NCBI GenBank assembly: GCA_041687695.1
Contig: JAWLBL010000001.1
Location: forward strand, 1 to 64,000
Direction of reading: 5' to 3'
From: Myxococcota bacterium
GTDB taxonomy: Bacteria > Myxococcota_A > UBA9042 > PHBI01 > JAWLBL01
DNA length: 64,000 nucleotides
The notes beneath the pieces were generated by a model. It had not been told where the DNA came from. It saw only the letters and a list, made by a program, of their open reading frames with translations, and did no database searches. Shown here one piece after another: positions 29,063-39,371 of this stretch. A program made the translations under genes and the position numbers. Numbering within the stretch: the first letter of the stretch is position 1; each line of letters begins with the position of its first letter.

Positions 29063-30486
29063 GCGGCGGCGACCTCGTCGGCGACCTCGGCCTCGAGGCG
29101 GGCGCGCTGGGCGGACAGGGCCGGGGCGAAGTCCGGGTGGACGAACAGGCGGATCTTCTTGACCACCTTGACGAAGTCCTCGCCGATGCCCTGGGCGATG
29201 CGCGAGCTGCGGGCGAGGGTGGTGTAGGCGGCGCCGCCCGCGCCGGCCCGGGGGTGGTGGACGGCGATGTCGGGCAGGACGTCCTTGTCGCGGGGCGGGA
29301 TGTCCAGGATGAGCCCGCCGTCGGGGATGGGGCGCGACAGGCGCGACAGGCGGGCGCGCAGGCGCTCGAGCAGGCGCCCTTGGGCGTCGGGGCCGAGGCG
29401 GTACAGGCGGTCGTAGGCGGCGCGCTTGTCGGGGTCCTCGTAGACCTGTGACCAGGTGATGAGGCGCTTGTACAGGCCGCGGCGGTCGCCGGTGAGGCCG
29501 TGGAGCAGGCGGGCGGCGACGCTGGCGGGCGGGGCCTCGGCGGCGAGGGTGGCCAGCAGCTCGTCGTCGCCGGCGGCCAGCAGGCGCGAGGCGAGGTCGC
29601 CCGGGTCGGGGTCTTCGCGGGCGACGAGGTCGGCCCAGGCCAGCTCGAGCATGGCCGAGGCGCTGCGCACGGCGTGGTGCCAGTAGACCTCGGAGAACAT
29701 GGTGTAGCGGGCGAAGAGGAACTGCTCGACCGAGGTGAGGCCCTTGGAGGTGACGGCGATGGACTCGCCGTCGGCGTCGAGGGTCAGGGCGCCGAGGAGG
29801 CGGTCGCGGTCGTAGTTGCGGCCGTAGGGGACGCCGAGGTGGACCGAGTCGCGCCACATGTAGTCCATCTTGTCGGCGTCGATGGCGCTGGAGATGACGG
29901 ACTGCAGGAGGCGATCGCGCGGGGGCAGGTCGCGGCGCTTGGAGGCGATGAGACGGACGACGCGATCGGGGTCGACGCCGACCTCGCGCTCGAGCACGGC
30001 GGCGAGCGGGGCGCGGACGCGGGCGAGGCCGGGGGCGCGGCCCATGACGATGCGGGCGGCCAGATCTTCGTGGCGCGGGGTGTCGCGGCCCTTGAGGTGC
30101 AGGGCCTCGAGGCTGTGCGCGTAGGGGTAGTGGCCGACGTCGTGCAGCAGGGCGGCCATCAGGACCGCGCGCAGGTCGGCCTCGGTCAGCGACTGGGCGA
30201 CCGAGGGCTGCCCGAGCAGCACGCGCAGGTACTTGATGGCCGTGCCGTAGACGCCGAGGCTGTGCTCGAAGCGGGTGTGGACGGCGCCGGGGTAGACCAG
30301 CCACGTCGGGCCGAGCTGGCGGACGCGGCGCAGGCGCTGGAAGTGCGGGTGGTCGATGACCGCCTGGGTGGCGGCCGTCAGCGGGACGCTCTCGAGCTCG
30401 GGCAGCCGCAGGACGGGCTGCCCGGGGCCGGGTGGCGCCAGCTCGGGCAGGCGCCAGGGCGCCCACCCTGCCGGAGGCGCGCTCAC
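29059..30486 (-). CDS. HD-domain dNTP triphosphohydrolase-like protein, paralog A
   Basis: FQRLRRVRQLG, HTRFEHS, LLHDVGHYPYAH, DADKMDY, MFSEVYWH. Confidence 0.9.
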   Translation of the reverse strand: MSAPPAGWAPWRLPELAPPGPGQPVLRLPELESVPLTAATQAVIDHPHFQRLRRVRQLGPTWLVYPGAVHTRFEHSLGVYGTAIKYLRVLLGQPSVAQSLTEADLRAVLMAALLHDVGHYPYAHSLEALHLKGRDTPRHEDLAARIVMGRAPGLARVRAPLAAVLEREVGVDPDRVVRLIASKRRDLPPRDRLLQSVISSAIDADKMDYMWRDSVHLGVPYGRNYDRDRLLGALTLDADGESIAVTSKGLTSVEQFLFARYTMFSEVYWHHAVRSASAMLELAWADLVAREDPDPGDLASRLLAAGDDELLATLAAEAPPASVAARLLHGLTGDRRGLYKRLITWSQVYEDPDKRAAYDRLYRLGPDAQGRLLERLRARLSRLSRPIPDGGLILDIPPRDKDVLPDIAVHHPRAGAGGAAYTTLARSSRIAQGIGEDFVKVVKKIRLFVHPDFAPALSAQRARLEAEVADEVAAA

Positions 30487-30491
30487 CGACG

Positions 30492-30815
30492 TCAGACGGT
30501 GAACGAGCTACCGCAGCCGCAGCTCTTCTGGGCGTTGGGGTTCTCGAAGTGGAAGCCGCTGAAGCTGAAGGTCTCGACGTAGTCGACCTTGGTGCCCTCG
30601 AGGTAGGCCATGCTCATCGGGTCGACGAAGAGCTTGACGCCCTCGTGCTCGTAGACCTCGTCGCCGTCCTTGGCCTCGGTCTCGAAGTCCATGTCGTAGG
30701 TGAGCCCGGAGCAGCCCCCGCCGACGATCATGACGCGGACGCCCGCGGTCGACATCTGGTGCTGCTCGGCCATGGCGCGGATCTTGTCGGCGGCGGCCGT
30801 CGTGATGGTCAGCAT
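30492..30815 (-). CDS. iscA: A-type Fe-S carrier (IscA/HesB)
   Basis: GGCSG, NPN...CGCG.SF. Confidence 0.93.
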   Translation of the reverse strand: MLTITTAAADKIRAMAEQHQMSTAGVRVMIVGGGCSGLTYDMDFETEAKDGDEVYEHEGVKLFVDPMSMAYLEGTKVDYVETFSFSGFHFENPNAQKSCGCGSSFTV

Positions 30816-30909
30816 CGGCAGTTCCCTCTTCGGCTGGTCTGGTGCGCGCGTCGCGAGGCGACGAACGCCGGGTCGGCAAGGGAGCATCCTAGGACCCGGC
30901 CGGTCCGAG

Positions 30910-32352
30910 TCAAGGACCAGCCGAGCCGTCGCCGCTCGGAGCCTCCCGGCGGGGGCGCAGCTCCCGGATGGACTCGACGGTGAACGGGTGCTCCTCGGGG
31001 ATCCAGGCGGCGCCGAGGAGCGACCAGCCCGGCCCCATGGCGCGCAGCGTCCGCTCGTCGCCGCCAGGGGCGCGAACCACGACGGAGCCGTCGACGACGC
31101 CGATGGCGCCGCACCCCGGAGGTCCCGGGACGAACCCGCGGTCGTCGACCGTGGCCACCGACCCCACCATGGCGAGCTGCTCGCCCAGCGGGATGACGAG
31201 CTCCCGACCGTCGCCGCCCCGCGTGAGCAGCTCGAGCCCCTGCGCGCCCAGGCGCAGCGCGGCTGCGGCGAAGTCCTCGTACACAGGCAGGTGGGTGGGG
31301 TCGCGCCGGGCGCCGTCGCTCCAGCTCAGGACCGCGCGCCAGGCCGCCCCGGTCAAGCCATCCAGAGGATGGACCCAGTCCCCGGCCGGGGCCGAGAGCG
31401 TTTTGTGGCGCCGCTCGCCACCCGTGCGGGGTGCCGCGTGGAGCTCGCGGAGGCCCACCTGCGCGCCGAGGAGGCTCGTTACCTCGAGCAGCGTCGTCTC
31501 GGGATCGTCCTCGCGCCAGGTGCGGGGGGGGCCATCGGGCCAGGTCCTGGCGACGAGGAGGCGCCGCGTCGTCCCACCGGGCGCGCGGGAACGCGGCAGG
31601 GTCAGGACGAGGAGCGAGCGGCCATCCTGAAGCACGAGGGTCCCCGCGGACACTCTGACGGATGGCTCCGGCCCGAGGCGCACGTCGGCGACGGCCTCGC
31701 TCGGCGCGCGCGGACCGATCAGCCACGCCTTGCGCAGGGGGCGACCGAAGTTCACGAGGGCGCGGCAGCGGCGGTCGGTCGGCGCCTGGGCGGCGGCGGG
31801 AGGAGGGGCGTGGCGGTCGAGGACGGCGACGGGCGGGTCCGCAGCGACCTCGAAGGAGGCGGCCCCGAGGAGGCGGCCGTCGGCGGCGGTGACCACGGCG
31901 CGCCAGGCGCCCAGGTCGGACGGGCGCACGGGTTGGCGAGCCCAGGCGCGGAAGGCGGCGCCGGTGCCGATGTCCAGGGGAACGCGGGCGAGCTCGCGGC
32001 CGTCGAGGGTCCAGGTGACGTGGACGCGGGTCGGGGGGCCCGGGTTGTGCATGCGGAGCCAGAGCCAGACGTGCCCGACGTCGGCGGGGAAGCGCTTGCC
32101 GGCGCCGAGGGGCTCGCGGCCCTCGACCCGGCGGGCGACCTGCGTCTCGAGCAGCCACGGGCCGCGGCGGTGGTCGGCCGGGAGGACGCTGGCGGCCGGG
32201 ATCTCGGCGGCCAGGTCCAGCGCCTGGTGGGTGGCGCGGGTGGGCGGCGCGGGCGCCGGCGTCGTCTGCGGCGCCTGCGCCGGCCGGGGCGGCGGGTCGC
32301 AGGCGACCAGCGCGGTCGACCACAGGGCCAGGGCCGCGCCGAGCCGGCTCAC
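30910..32352 (-). CDS. Lipoprotein with DUF2914-like domain
   Basis: LVAC lipobox; V..REP....F, W...G, G.WR..V pattern; GTGA overlap. Confidence 0.7.
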   Translation of the reverse strand: MSRLGAALALWSTALVACDPPPRPAQAPQTTPAPAPPTRATHQALDLAAEIPAASVLPADHRRGPWLLETQVARRVEGREPLGAGKRFPADVGHVWLWLRMHNPGPPTRVHVTWTLDGRELARVPLDIGTGAAFRAWARQPVRPSDLGAWRAVVTAADGRLLGAASFEVAADPPVAVLDRHAPPPAAAQAPTDRRCRALVNFGRPLRKAWLIGPRAPSEAVADVRLGPEPSVRVSAGTLVLQDGRSLLVLTLPRSRAPGGTTRRLLVARTWPDGPPRTWREDDPETTLLEVTSLLGAQVGLRELHAAPRTGGERRHKTLSAPAGDWVHPLDGLTGAAWRAVLSWSDGARRDPTHLPVYEDFAAAALRLGAQGLELLTRGGDGRELVIPLGEQLAMVGSVATVDDRGFVPGPPGCGAIGVVDGSVVVRAPGGDERTLRAMGPGWSLLGAAWIPEEHPFTVESIRELRPRREAPSGDGSAGP

Positions 32353-33476
32353 TGGGGTCGCGCCTCGGGCTTGCGGGCGGTGACGACCTTCGAGACCAGG
32401 TGGACCTCGCTGCGCTCGACCTCGAAGCCGGCCGCCTCGAGCAGGGGCTCGAGGTCGTCCTTCAGGTAGTGGCGGTAGTAGGGCTCGTGATAGAGCGCCG
32501 GGAAGTTGGTGATGGACCACTCGAAGCCGCTGCGGTCGCCGAGCTGCACCGAGTCGACGAGGACGAAGCGGCCGCCGGGGGCGAGGACGCGGAAGGCCTC
32601 GGAGACGACCCGGCGGCGCACGGCCGCGGGCAGCTCGTGGAAGAGGTAGATGGACGTCACGACGTCGAACGAGGCGTCCTTGAGCGGCATGGACTCGGCG
32701 TTGTCGGCGATGAGGCTGACGTCCGGGATGTCGGCCAGCACCTCGCGGGCGCGCTGGATGTACCAGGGGCTGAGATCGAGGCCCCACAGGCGGGCGCGCG
32801 GCAGGGCCTGGTGGAGCTGCTTGAGGAAGCGCCCGGTGCCGCAGGCGACGTCGAGGACGCGGGGCGCCGGGAGGTCGCGGGTGGCGTCGACCACCGGCGG
32901 GATGGCCATGCGGCGCATCACGTCGGCCGTGCCGAGGAACAGGAACTCGACGCCGACGTCGTACATGCGCGCCGACTTGCGGCTGAGCCAGCCGTCGCTC
33001 TGCCAGTGGAAGGTGCGTCGGTAGTAGCGGGGGTAGCGGGCCAGGTCGACGCCCTCGGGCAGCTCGGCGTAGCGGCGGCCGCGCTGGCGCATCAGGACGC
33101 GCGGCATCTCGGCGAGGCCGGTCGGCAGGCAGCGCAGGTACTCGCCGAACGGGAACTGCACGAGCAGCTCGCCCGGGTAGTAGCCGGCCTCGACGTTGTG
33201 CAGGTCGCGCGCGAGCAGGTCGCGGAAGCGCCGCTGCCAGGTGACCTGCTCGGCGACGGGCAGCCTGGCCCAGGGGGCCATCAGCAGGTGCCACAGGCGC
33301 ACGCCGAGGGCGCCCGACACGAACAAGCCCGCCTGCTGCAGCTGATAGCGGGCGCGGAGCAGGCCGTGGCCCAAGCGCCCGCGTACGCGCTCGAGGGCGC
33401 CCGCGGCCAGACCGGCGCCGGCCCCCATCACCGAATCGGCGGTCTGGACCGACGAGGTGGCTGAAGACGTGGTCAT
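32349..33476 (-). CDS. Class I SAM-dependent methyltransferase
   Basis: LDVACGTG, FH.Q.DGWLS, LFHELP. Confidence 0.9.
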   Translation of the reverse strand: MTTSSATSSVQTADSVMGAGAGLAAGALERVRGRLGHGLLRARYQLQQAGLFVSGALGVRLWHLLMAPWARLPVAEQVTWQRRFRDLLARDLHNVEAGYYPGELLVQFPFGEYLRCLPTGLAEMPRVLMRQRGRRYAELPEGVDLARYPRYYRRTFHWQSDGWLSRKSARMYDVGVEFLFLGTADVMRRMAIPPVVDATRDLPAPRVLDVACGTGRFLKQLHQALPRARLWGLDLSPWYIQRAREVLADIPDVSLIADNAESMPLKDASFDVVTSIYLFHELPAAVRRRVVSEAFRVLAPGGRFVLVDSVQLGDRSGFEWSITNFPALYHEPYYRHYLKDDLEPLLEAAGFEVERSEVHLVSKVVTARKPEARPQ

Positions 33477-33582
33477 GCGCTCGTCCTCCTGTCGACCGCT
33501 CGCCGGGAGGGGCGAGCTGTCAGCATCATACGAACGCGGCGGCGGGTTGGCAGCGTGCGGGGCGTCGGGCGCGACGGTCGGC

Positions 33583-34227
33583 TCAGTCCTCGGCCTCGCC
33601 GACCATGGGGCCGAAGGTGGCGGTGAAGGCCTCGGGCGGCAGGACGGTCACGACCTCGTCGTCGCCCTGGCGGCTGAGGACGTGCAGGCGCTGGTCGCGC
33701 TCGCCGACCGGCATCACCAGGCGGCCACCCACGCGCAGCTGCCCGACGAGGGGCCACGGGACGTCCGAGGCGGCGGCGTTGACGACCACGGCGTCGAAGG
33801 GCGCCTCATCGCTCCAGCCCTGGAAGCCGTCGCCCACCCGGAAGGCCACGTTCGGCAGGCGCATCTGGTCGACCAGCAGCTTGCGCGCGCGCGCCGACAG
33901 CTCGGGCAGGATCTCGACCGTGTAGACCCGGTGGACCAGCGTCGCCAGGAGCGCCGTCTGGAAGCCCGAGCCGGTGCCGACCTCGAGGACGCGCGCCTGA
34001 GGGGTCAGGCGCAGCTCCTGCAGCATGCGCGCGATGGCGTAGGGCGCGGTCAGGGTCTGTCCGAGGCCGATGGGGAGCACCTCGTCGGCGAAGGCCTGGT
34101 GCTGCAGGTAGTCCGGCACGAACGGCCGCCGCGAGACGCGGCGGAAGGCCCGAATGACCTCTTGATCGCTGATCCCGCGGCTGACGAGCTGCTGCTGGAT
34201 CATGCTCTCGAGGGCGAAGTCGATCAT
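33583..34227 (-). CDS. pcm: Protein-L-isoaspartate O-methyltransferase
   Basis: PIG.GQT, VLEVGTGSG.Q, GDG..GW...APFD. Confidence 0.92.
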   Translation of the reverse strand: MIDFALESMIQQQLVSRGISDQEVIRAFRRVSRRPFVPDYLQHQAFADEVLPIGLGQTLTAPYAIARMLQELRLTPQARVLEVGTGSGFQTALLATLVHRVYTVEILPELSARARKLLVDQMRLPNVAFRVGDGFQGWSDEAPFDAVVVNAAASDVPWPLVGQLRVGGRLVMPVGERDQRLHVLSRQGDDEVVTVLPPEAFTATFGPMVGEAED

Positions 34228-34390
34228 GGGCCCCCCCAGGCTGGCGCTTGGCGATCGGCGAAGGCGGCGCCACCCGGGCAGGACAGGGCTCGTGAAGGCG
34301 GCGTCGGTGCTCCGACTCTACACCCTGGCACCGGGTGTTGGAAACCCGGCCTCCGTGGCGCTCGCGGTGCGCTCGAAACCGACGAGGCGG

Positions 34391-34472
34391 CCAGGCGGAC
34401 GGCCAGCCGCGCGAAGCGTCAGCGGACGATGACCCGCGCGAAGCGTCAGCGGACGGTGACCCGCGCGAAGCG
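34391..34472. repeat. 27-bp tandem duplication of the tyrS 3' end
   Basis: 34446-34472 (gene end), 34419-34445 (one mismatch), degenerate third copy 34391-34418. Confidence 0.9.
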
Positions 34473-35696
34473 CTTCTTGCCGACCTTGAGCACGTAGGGG
34501 CCGCCCACCTCGAGGCGGAAGTCGGTGTCCGGCACCCGCGCGCCGTCGACCGAGACGCCGCCCTGCGCGATGAGGCGCCGCGCCTCGCCGCCCGAGGCCG
34601 CGAGGCCGCTGTCCTTGAGGACCGCCGTGATGACGACGCCGCCGCCCTCGCCCGCCAGCGTCACCTCGGGCATGTCGCTGGGCAGCTCGCGCGCGCTGAA
34701 GATGCGCTGCCACTCCTCGCTGGCCCGCGCCGCCGCCTCGGCGCCGTGGTAGCGGCCGACGATCTCGCGGCCCAGCTCGACCTTGGCGTCCTTGGGGTGC
34801 ATGCGCCCCTCGGCGACGTCGGCCTTCAGCGCCGCCAGCGCGGCGGTCGACCGGGTCGACAGGAGATCGTAGTAGCGCCACATCAGGTCGTCGGTGATGG
34901 ACATCAGCTTGCCGAACTGCTCGAGCGGCGCCTCGCTCACCCCCACGTAGTTCCCGAAGGACTTCGACATCTTGGCGCCCACGATGGCGCCGCCCTCCAG
35001 CTTGGCGTCCAGCCCCTCGAGCAGCGGCGTCGTCACGATGCACTGCGGCTCGAGCCCGTACTCCTTCATGACGTGGCGGCCCATCAGCAGGTTGAAGAGC
35101 TGGTCGGTGCCCCCCAGCTCGACGTCGGCCTTCAGCGCCACCGAGTCGTAGCCCTGAACCAGCGGGTAGAGGAACTCGTGGACGCTGATGGACTGGCCGG
35201 TCTGGTAGCGCGTGCGGAAGTCCTCTCGCTCCATCATGCGCGCGACGTTGTACTTGGCGGCCAGCTCGATGAGGCCGGCCGCGCTCATCGGGTTCATCCA
35301 GGTGCTGTTGAAGGCGACCTCGGTCCGGTCGCGGTCGAGCACCTTGAAGACCTGCTCCTTGTAGGTCTCGGCGTTGGCGGCGACCTCCTCGCGGGTGAGC
35401 GCCTTGCGGGTCGCGCTGCGGCCGGTCGGGTCGCCGATCATCCCGGTGAAGTCGCCGATGAGGAAGACGACCTGATGCCCCAGCTCCTGGAACTGGCGCA
35501 TCTTGGTCAGCAGCACCGTGTGGCCCAGGTGCAGATCCGGCGCGGTCGGGTCGAAGCCGGCCTTGATGCGCAGGGGCGTGCCGGTCTTGCGGCTGCGCTC
35601 GAGCTTGGCGCGCAGCTCGCTCTCGACGTGCAGGTCGACCGTGCCGCGCAGGATCAGCGCCAGCTGCTCGTCGGGGCTCGCGAACGCGTGGGCCAT
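34446..35696 (-). CDS. tyrS: Tyrosine--tRNA ligase
   Basis: [19 protein letters not shown]-terminal S4 domain. Confidence 0.97.
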   Translation of the reverse strand: MAHAFASPDEQLALILRGTVDLHVESELRAKLERSRKTGTPLRIKAGFDPTAPDLHLGHTVLLTKMRQFQELGHQVVFLIGDFTGMIGDPTGRSATRKALTREEVAANAETYKEQVFKVLDRDRTEVAFNSTWMNPMSAAGLIELAAKYNVARMMEREDFRTRYQTGQSISVHEFLYPLVQGYDSVALKADVELGGTDQLFNLLMGRHVMKEYGLEPQCIVTTPLLEGLDAKLEGGAIVGAKMSKSFGNYVGVSEAPLEQFGKLMSITDDLMWRYYDLLSTRSTAALAALKADVAEGRMHPKDAKVELGREIVGRYHGAEAAARASEEWQRIFSARELPSDMPEVTLAGEGGGVVITAVLKDSGLAASGGEARRLIAQGGVSVDGARVPDTDFRLEVGGPYVLKVGKKRFARVTVR

Positions 35697-35766
35697 GGCC
35701 CTGTCCTCCGGTTCTCGTTGGGGCCGCGCAAGTAGCACAGGGCCGGGCCGGTGTCAGCCCGCCGGT

Positions 35767-36348
35767 TCAGATTTCCCAGCGCCCGCCGCGGGCCTGGCCG
35801 CGCTCGGTGAGCACGACCTCGACCTCGCGGTCGTGCCCCTCGGCTGGCACGCAGGCGACCACCTGCGCGGCGTAGGCCAGCCCGACCCGCAGCGCCCGCA
35901 GCGCCGGGTCCGCCAGCAGCCGGTCGTAGTAGCCCCCGCCCTGCCCTATGCGCCCGCCGCGCCGGTCGAAGGCCACCCCCGGCACGACCAGCAGATCCAG
36001 CTCGGCCGGCGCGACCCGGGGCGCCGCCGCCGCCGGCTCGCGGATGCCCCGGAACCCGGGGACCAGGTCGTCCGCCGAGCGCACTCGGTGGAACCCCAGC
36101 CCGCCGGCCTCCTCGACCCGCGGCCAGGCCACCGACCCGCCGGCCTGCAGCCACCGCCGCGCGAACTCGCCCGGGTCGGCCTCGTCGGCCGTCGCCGCGT
36201 AGACCCCGACCACCCGCGCCCCGACCTCACGCGAGAGCGCCATCAGCCGCTCGCCCATCGCGACGTGCGCCCGCTCACGCGCCCAGCCCGGCAGCGCCCG
36301 CCGCGCCGCCCGCGCCCGCCGACGCCACGCCTCCTTGGCCTCCTCCAC
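35767..36348 (-). CDS. ygfA: 5-formyltetrahydrofolate cyclo-ligase
   Basis: VPGVAFD..G.RIG.GGGYYDR. Confidence 0.93.
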   Translation of the reverse strand: MEEAKEAWRRRARAARRALPGWARERAHVAMGERLMALSREVGARVVGVYAATADEADPGEFARRWLQAGGSVAWPRVEEAGGLGFHRVRSADDLVPGFRGIREPAAAAPRVAPAELDLLVVPGVAFDRRGGRIGQGGGYYDRLLADPALRALRVGLAYAAQVVACVPAEGHDREVEVVLTERGQARGGRWEI

Positions 36349-36366
36349 CGGCTCAGCCCCGGCGCT

Positions 36367-36657
36367 TCAGCGCGCGTCGGCCCGGTCGTCCATCCGCGCC
36401 AGCAGCGCCCGCGACTGCGCGCGGATCTTCTCCTTGAGCGCGTCGTGGCGCGCCCGCTCGCGCAGCAGCTCGTCGGCCATGCTCATCGACGCCAGCAGGA
36501 GCACGTTCTGGATGGGCAGGTGCCGCTTGCCGCCCGCCATGCCCTCGATGAGCTGGTTGACGTAGCGCGCGGCCGCGTCGATGTGCTCGGGGTCCTCCGG
36601 CGAGCGGATGCGGAACTCCCGACCCATGAGCTTGACCTGATGCGACTCCGAAGCCAT
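36367..36657 (-). CDS. zapA: Cell division protein ZapA
   Basis: V.LMG.EF.I, A.YV, LLA...ADE plus coiled coil; synteny with ygfA. Confidence 0.85.
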   Translation of the reverse strand: MASESHQVKLMGREFRIRSPEDPEHIDAAARYVNQLIEGMAGGKRHLPIQNVLLLASMSMADELLRERARHDALKEKIRAQSRALLARMDDRADAR

Positions 36658-36697
36658 CCCCGACATACCCTACCCCGCTCCATAGGCTTGCGGGGCG

Positions 36698-36726
36698 AGC
36701 ATCCGGGCAGCGCGGATCGCCGTCAA
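36698..36726 (-). promoter_or_regulatory. Putative sigma70 promoter of zapA
   Basis: TTGACG-17 nt-GATGCT with an upstream T tract. Confidence 0.5.
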
Positions 36727-36735
36727 AAAAACGAT

Positions 36736-37356
36736 TCACCGCGCCGAATCGATGTGCGCGAAGCGCGCGCGGGTGCCCGGCCCCACGCCGAATCGCCTGG
36801 ACCACCCCCCGGGCACCTCGAGCACGTAGCGCGCGGGGACGCCGACGCGGCGCGCGGTCAGGGTCTCGGGCTCGGCGCGCTCGACCACGCCGACGACGCG
36901 GCCGTCGCCGGCGATGTGGATCATGTCCAGCTCGATGAGCGTGTTCTTCATCCAGAAGGTCTGGACGGCCTCGCCAGGGAAGACGAAGAGCATGCCCTGC
37001 CCGTCCGGCAGGTACTGGCGATACATCAGCCCCTGGGCCTGCTGCTCGGGTGTCAGCGCCAGCTCGACCGTGACCGGGACCTGGCCCCGGTCGGTCTCGA
37101 AGACGACGGTCGGCCGCTCGAAGCGCGCGGCCAGCTCGGGCGGCGCGGTCGGGTCGGCCGGGGCGCGGGCGACCTCGGCCGTGGCGACCTCGGCGGCGGG
37201 CGTGGCAGGCGGCCTGGGCGGTTGGCGGGCGGCCTCGGACCGCTCGAGCGCCTCGCGTGGGGTCGGCGGGGGCGGCTCGGCCGGCGGGGCGGAGCGGCAG
37301 CCGGCCAGCAACGCCGCGGCGGCCACGGCGAGCAGCGCCATCGACGGCGCGCTCAT
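36736..37356 (-). CDS. DUF192 lipoprotein
   Basis: LAGC lipobox, GLMYR, GMLF.F, FWMKNT, VLEV.GG. Confidence 0.9.
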   Translation of the reverse strand: MSAPSMALLAVAAAALLAGCRSAPPAEPPPPTPREALERSEAARQPPRPPATPAAEVATAEVARAPADPTAPPELAARFERPTVVFETDRGQVPVTVELALTPEQQAQGLMYRQYLPDGQGMLFVFPGEAVQTFWMKNTLIELDMIHIAGDGRVVGVVERAEPETLTARRVGVPARYVLEVPGGWSRRFGVGPGTRARFAHIDSAR

Positions 37357-39245
37357 GGGTCCACCGGCAGGATGCGCTGCAGGTAGTCGCGGTTGAAGGG
37401 CGAGAAGACCGCCGGCCCGAGGCCGTCGAGCTCGGCGCGCTCCTCGAAGGGGCGATAGAGGCCCGCGTCCATGATCCACCCCGGGTTGTCGCCGGTGTTG
37501 TGGAACTGACCGTCGATGGCGGTCAGCCCCAGGCTGTGGCCGACCTCGTGCGAGACCGTGTTGCCCACCAGGTTGCCTAGTACCCGAACGGCCTCGCGGA
37601 TGGCCAGCGCGCGGTCGCCGTCGCCGTCGGCCTCGCCCGGGGCGGCCGGCACCCCGCCGAGCCCAGGCACCACGGCGGCGAAGACGGCGTCGAAGCGCGG
37701 CGTGGCGATGGGCTCGTCCGACAGGGTCGGCGAGAAGTTGAGGAACTCGGCGGCGAAGATGCCCCCGTAGGCGGCGTAGCCCCGGGCCCGCGTCTCGGCG
37801 TTGAAGCCGCCGATGACGTCGTCGAAGCGCCGGTTGCCGACGTCCTTGCCGGCCGTGTTGTCCAGGCCGAACAGCTTGGTCCCGTTCGGGTCGCGGCCGC
37901 CGATCTCGACCACGCCGTACTCCTCGAAGTCGGTGGGGCGGTCGAAGGTGAAGGCGATGTTGACGCCCTCGTAGTCGCGGGAGACGACCTCGAGGAGGCG
38001 GCGCGCGACGGCCTCGCGCTCGGCGTGCAGGCCGAACTCGAACAGGGCGTCGTCGAAGCCGGCGAGCAGGCGCAGCCAGACGACCTGCAGCTGCGGGGCG
38101 ATGGTCAACGTCACCGGCCGGCCGACCCCGGTGACGCGGTCGGGGCCGGCGACCAGCACGGGGGTGACGGTCCCCTCGAACACGCCCGGGGTGTGGCCGA
38201 GGCCGACGAGCTGGCCCGAGATGTCGGTCGCGACGCGCAGGACGAGGCTGGCCGCGCGGTTGCCGTCGTGGTCGTCGGGGTAGACGGCCAGCGCGTCGAC
38301 GCCGGTCCAGGTCTGGTCGGCGCCGCGGACCGGGTCGAAGGTGCCGTCGAAGACCAGCAGGGTGGCGGCCTGCAGCAGGCCGTCGGGAGGCAGCAGCCCG
38401 CGGCCGGTCGCGGTGACCCGCTGGCCGCGCGAGGCGGTGGCGGGGCCGAGGTCGCCAACGAAGGGGCGCTCGAGCGGCAGCGAGGGGACGGCGAGCGGGT
38501 CGGAGGCGGTCTCGTCGCCGGCGTGGGTGACGTTGACGACGGTGACGGTGCCCTCGAAGGCGCCGGGGCGGATGCCGAAGACGTCGGCGGTGAGGGTGAA
38601 GGTCAGGGCGTCGCGGGTGAGCGGGTCGGCCGGCTCGGCCGGGACGACGAGGCCGGCGATGGTGTGGACGCGGGGCGGCGAGGTGACGACGAAGCGGCCG
38701 TCGAAGCGGACGAGGGCGGCGCCCTCGGCGGGGTGCAGGAAGTCGGCGCCGGTCAGGGTGACGACGTCGCCCGGGTAGAGGGTCGCGGGGGCGAGGGCGG
38801 TCAGCCGCGGAGCGAGGGTGCTGGCGAGCGAGAGCTGGACGGCGAGGCTGGCGCGGTCGGGGGCGCCGGCGGCGACCGGGTGGCGGGTGACGACGACCTC
38901 GCCGGTGAAGGTGGCGGCGGTCAGGGTCGGGGAGAAGAGGGCGTCGGCCAGCGGGCCGGTGACGGGGACGACCAGGCCGAGGGCGTCGACGCGCTCGGGC
39001 GTGACGGTGACGTCGACGGGGGCGCCGTCGACCGCGCCGCGCAGGGTCACCGAGAGGGTGGCGACCTCGGGGGGGACGAAGCCGGCGCCCTCGAGGCGTA
39101 GGCGCGTGCCCGGGACCAGGGGCGCGGGGCCGACCTCGTCGAGGGCGAGCGGGGGCAGCAGCGTGCCGGCCTCGCCCTCCTGGGGGGGGCCGCAGGCGGC
39201 GACGAGGGCCCACGCGAGGGCGAGGAAGAGGGGCAGCGGCCTCAT
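37353..39245 (-). CDS. Lipoprotein with Ig-like repeats and C-terminal zincin motif
   Basis: VAAC lipobox, HEVGHSLGL...H, downstream Met. Confidence 0.8.
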   Translation of the reverse strand: MRPLPLFLALAWALVAACGPPQEGEAGTLLPPLALDEVGPAPLVPGTRLRLEGAGFVPPEVATLSVTLRGAVDGAPVDVTVTPERVDALGLVVPVTGPLADALFSPTLTAATFTGEVVVTRHPVAAGAPDRASLAVQLSLASTLAPRLTALAPATLYPGDVVTLTGADFLHPAEGAALVRFDGRFVVTSPPRVHTIAGLVVPAEPADPLTRDALTFTLTADVFGIRPGAFEGTVTVVNVTHAGDETASDPLAVPSLPLERPFVGDLGPATASRGQRVTATGRGLLPPDGLLQAATLLVFDGTFDPVRGADQTWTGVDALAVYPDDHDGNRAASLVLRVATDISGQLVGLGHTPGVFEGTVTPVLVAGPDRVTGVGRPVTLTIAPQLQVVWLRLLAGFDDALFEFGLHAEREAVARRLLEVVSRDYEGVNIAFTFDRPTDFEEYGVVEIGGRDPNGTKLFGLDNTAGKDVGNRRFDDVIGGFNAETRARGYAAYGGIFAAEFLNFSPTLSDEPIATPRFDAVFAAVVPGLGGVPAAPGEADGDGDRALAIREAVRVLGNLVGNTVSHEVGHSLGLTAIDGQFHNTGDNPGWIMDAGLYRPFEERAELDGLGPAVFSPFNRDYLQRILPVDP

Positions 39246-39371
39246 GGGCGGTGGATAGCATGGGGAGGGCCGACGAAGCCACCGATGGAGCGGCGATGGC
39301 GAGCCACCCGCTGGCGCCGCGGCGGCATGGCTGCTAGTGTCTGCCGGCGCAGGGCAAGGAGCGACGAGCGC

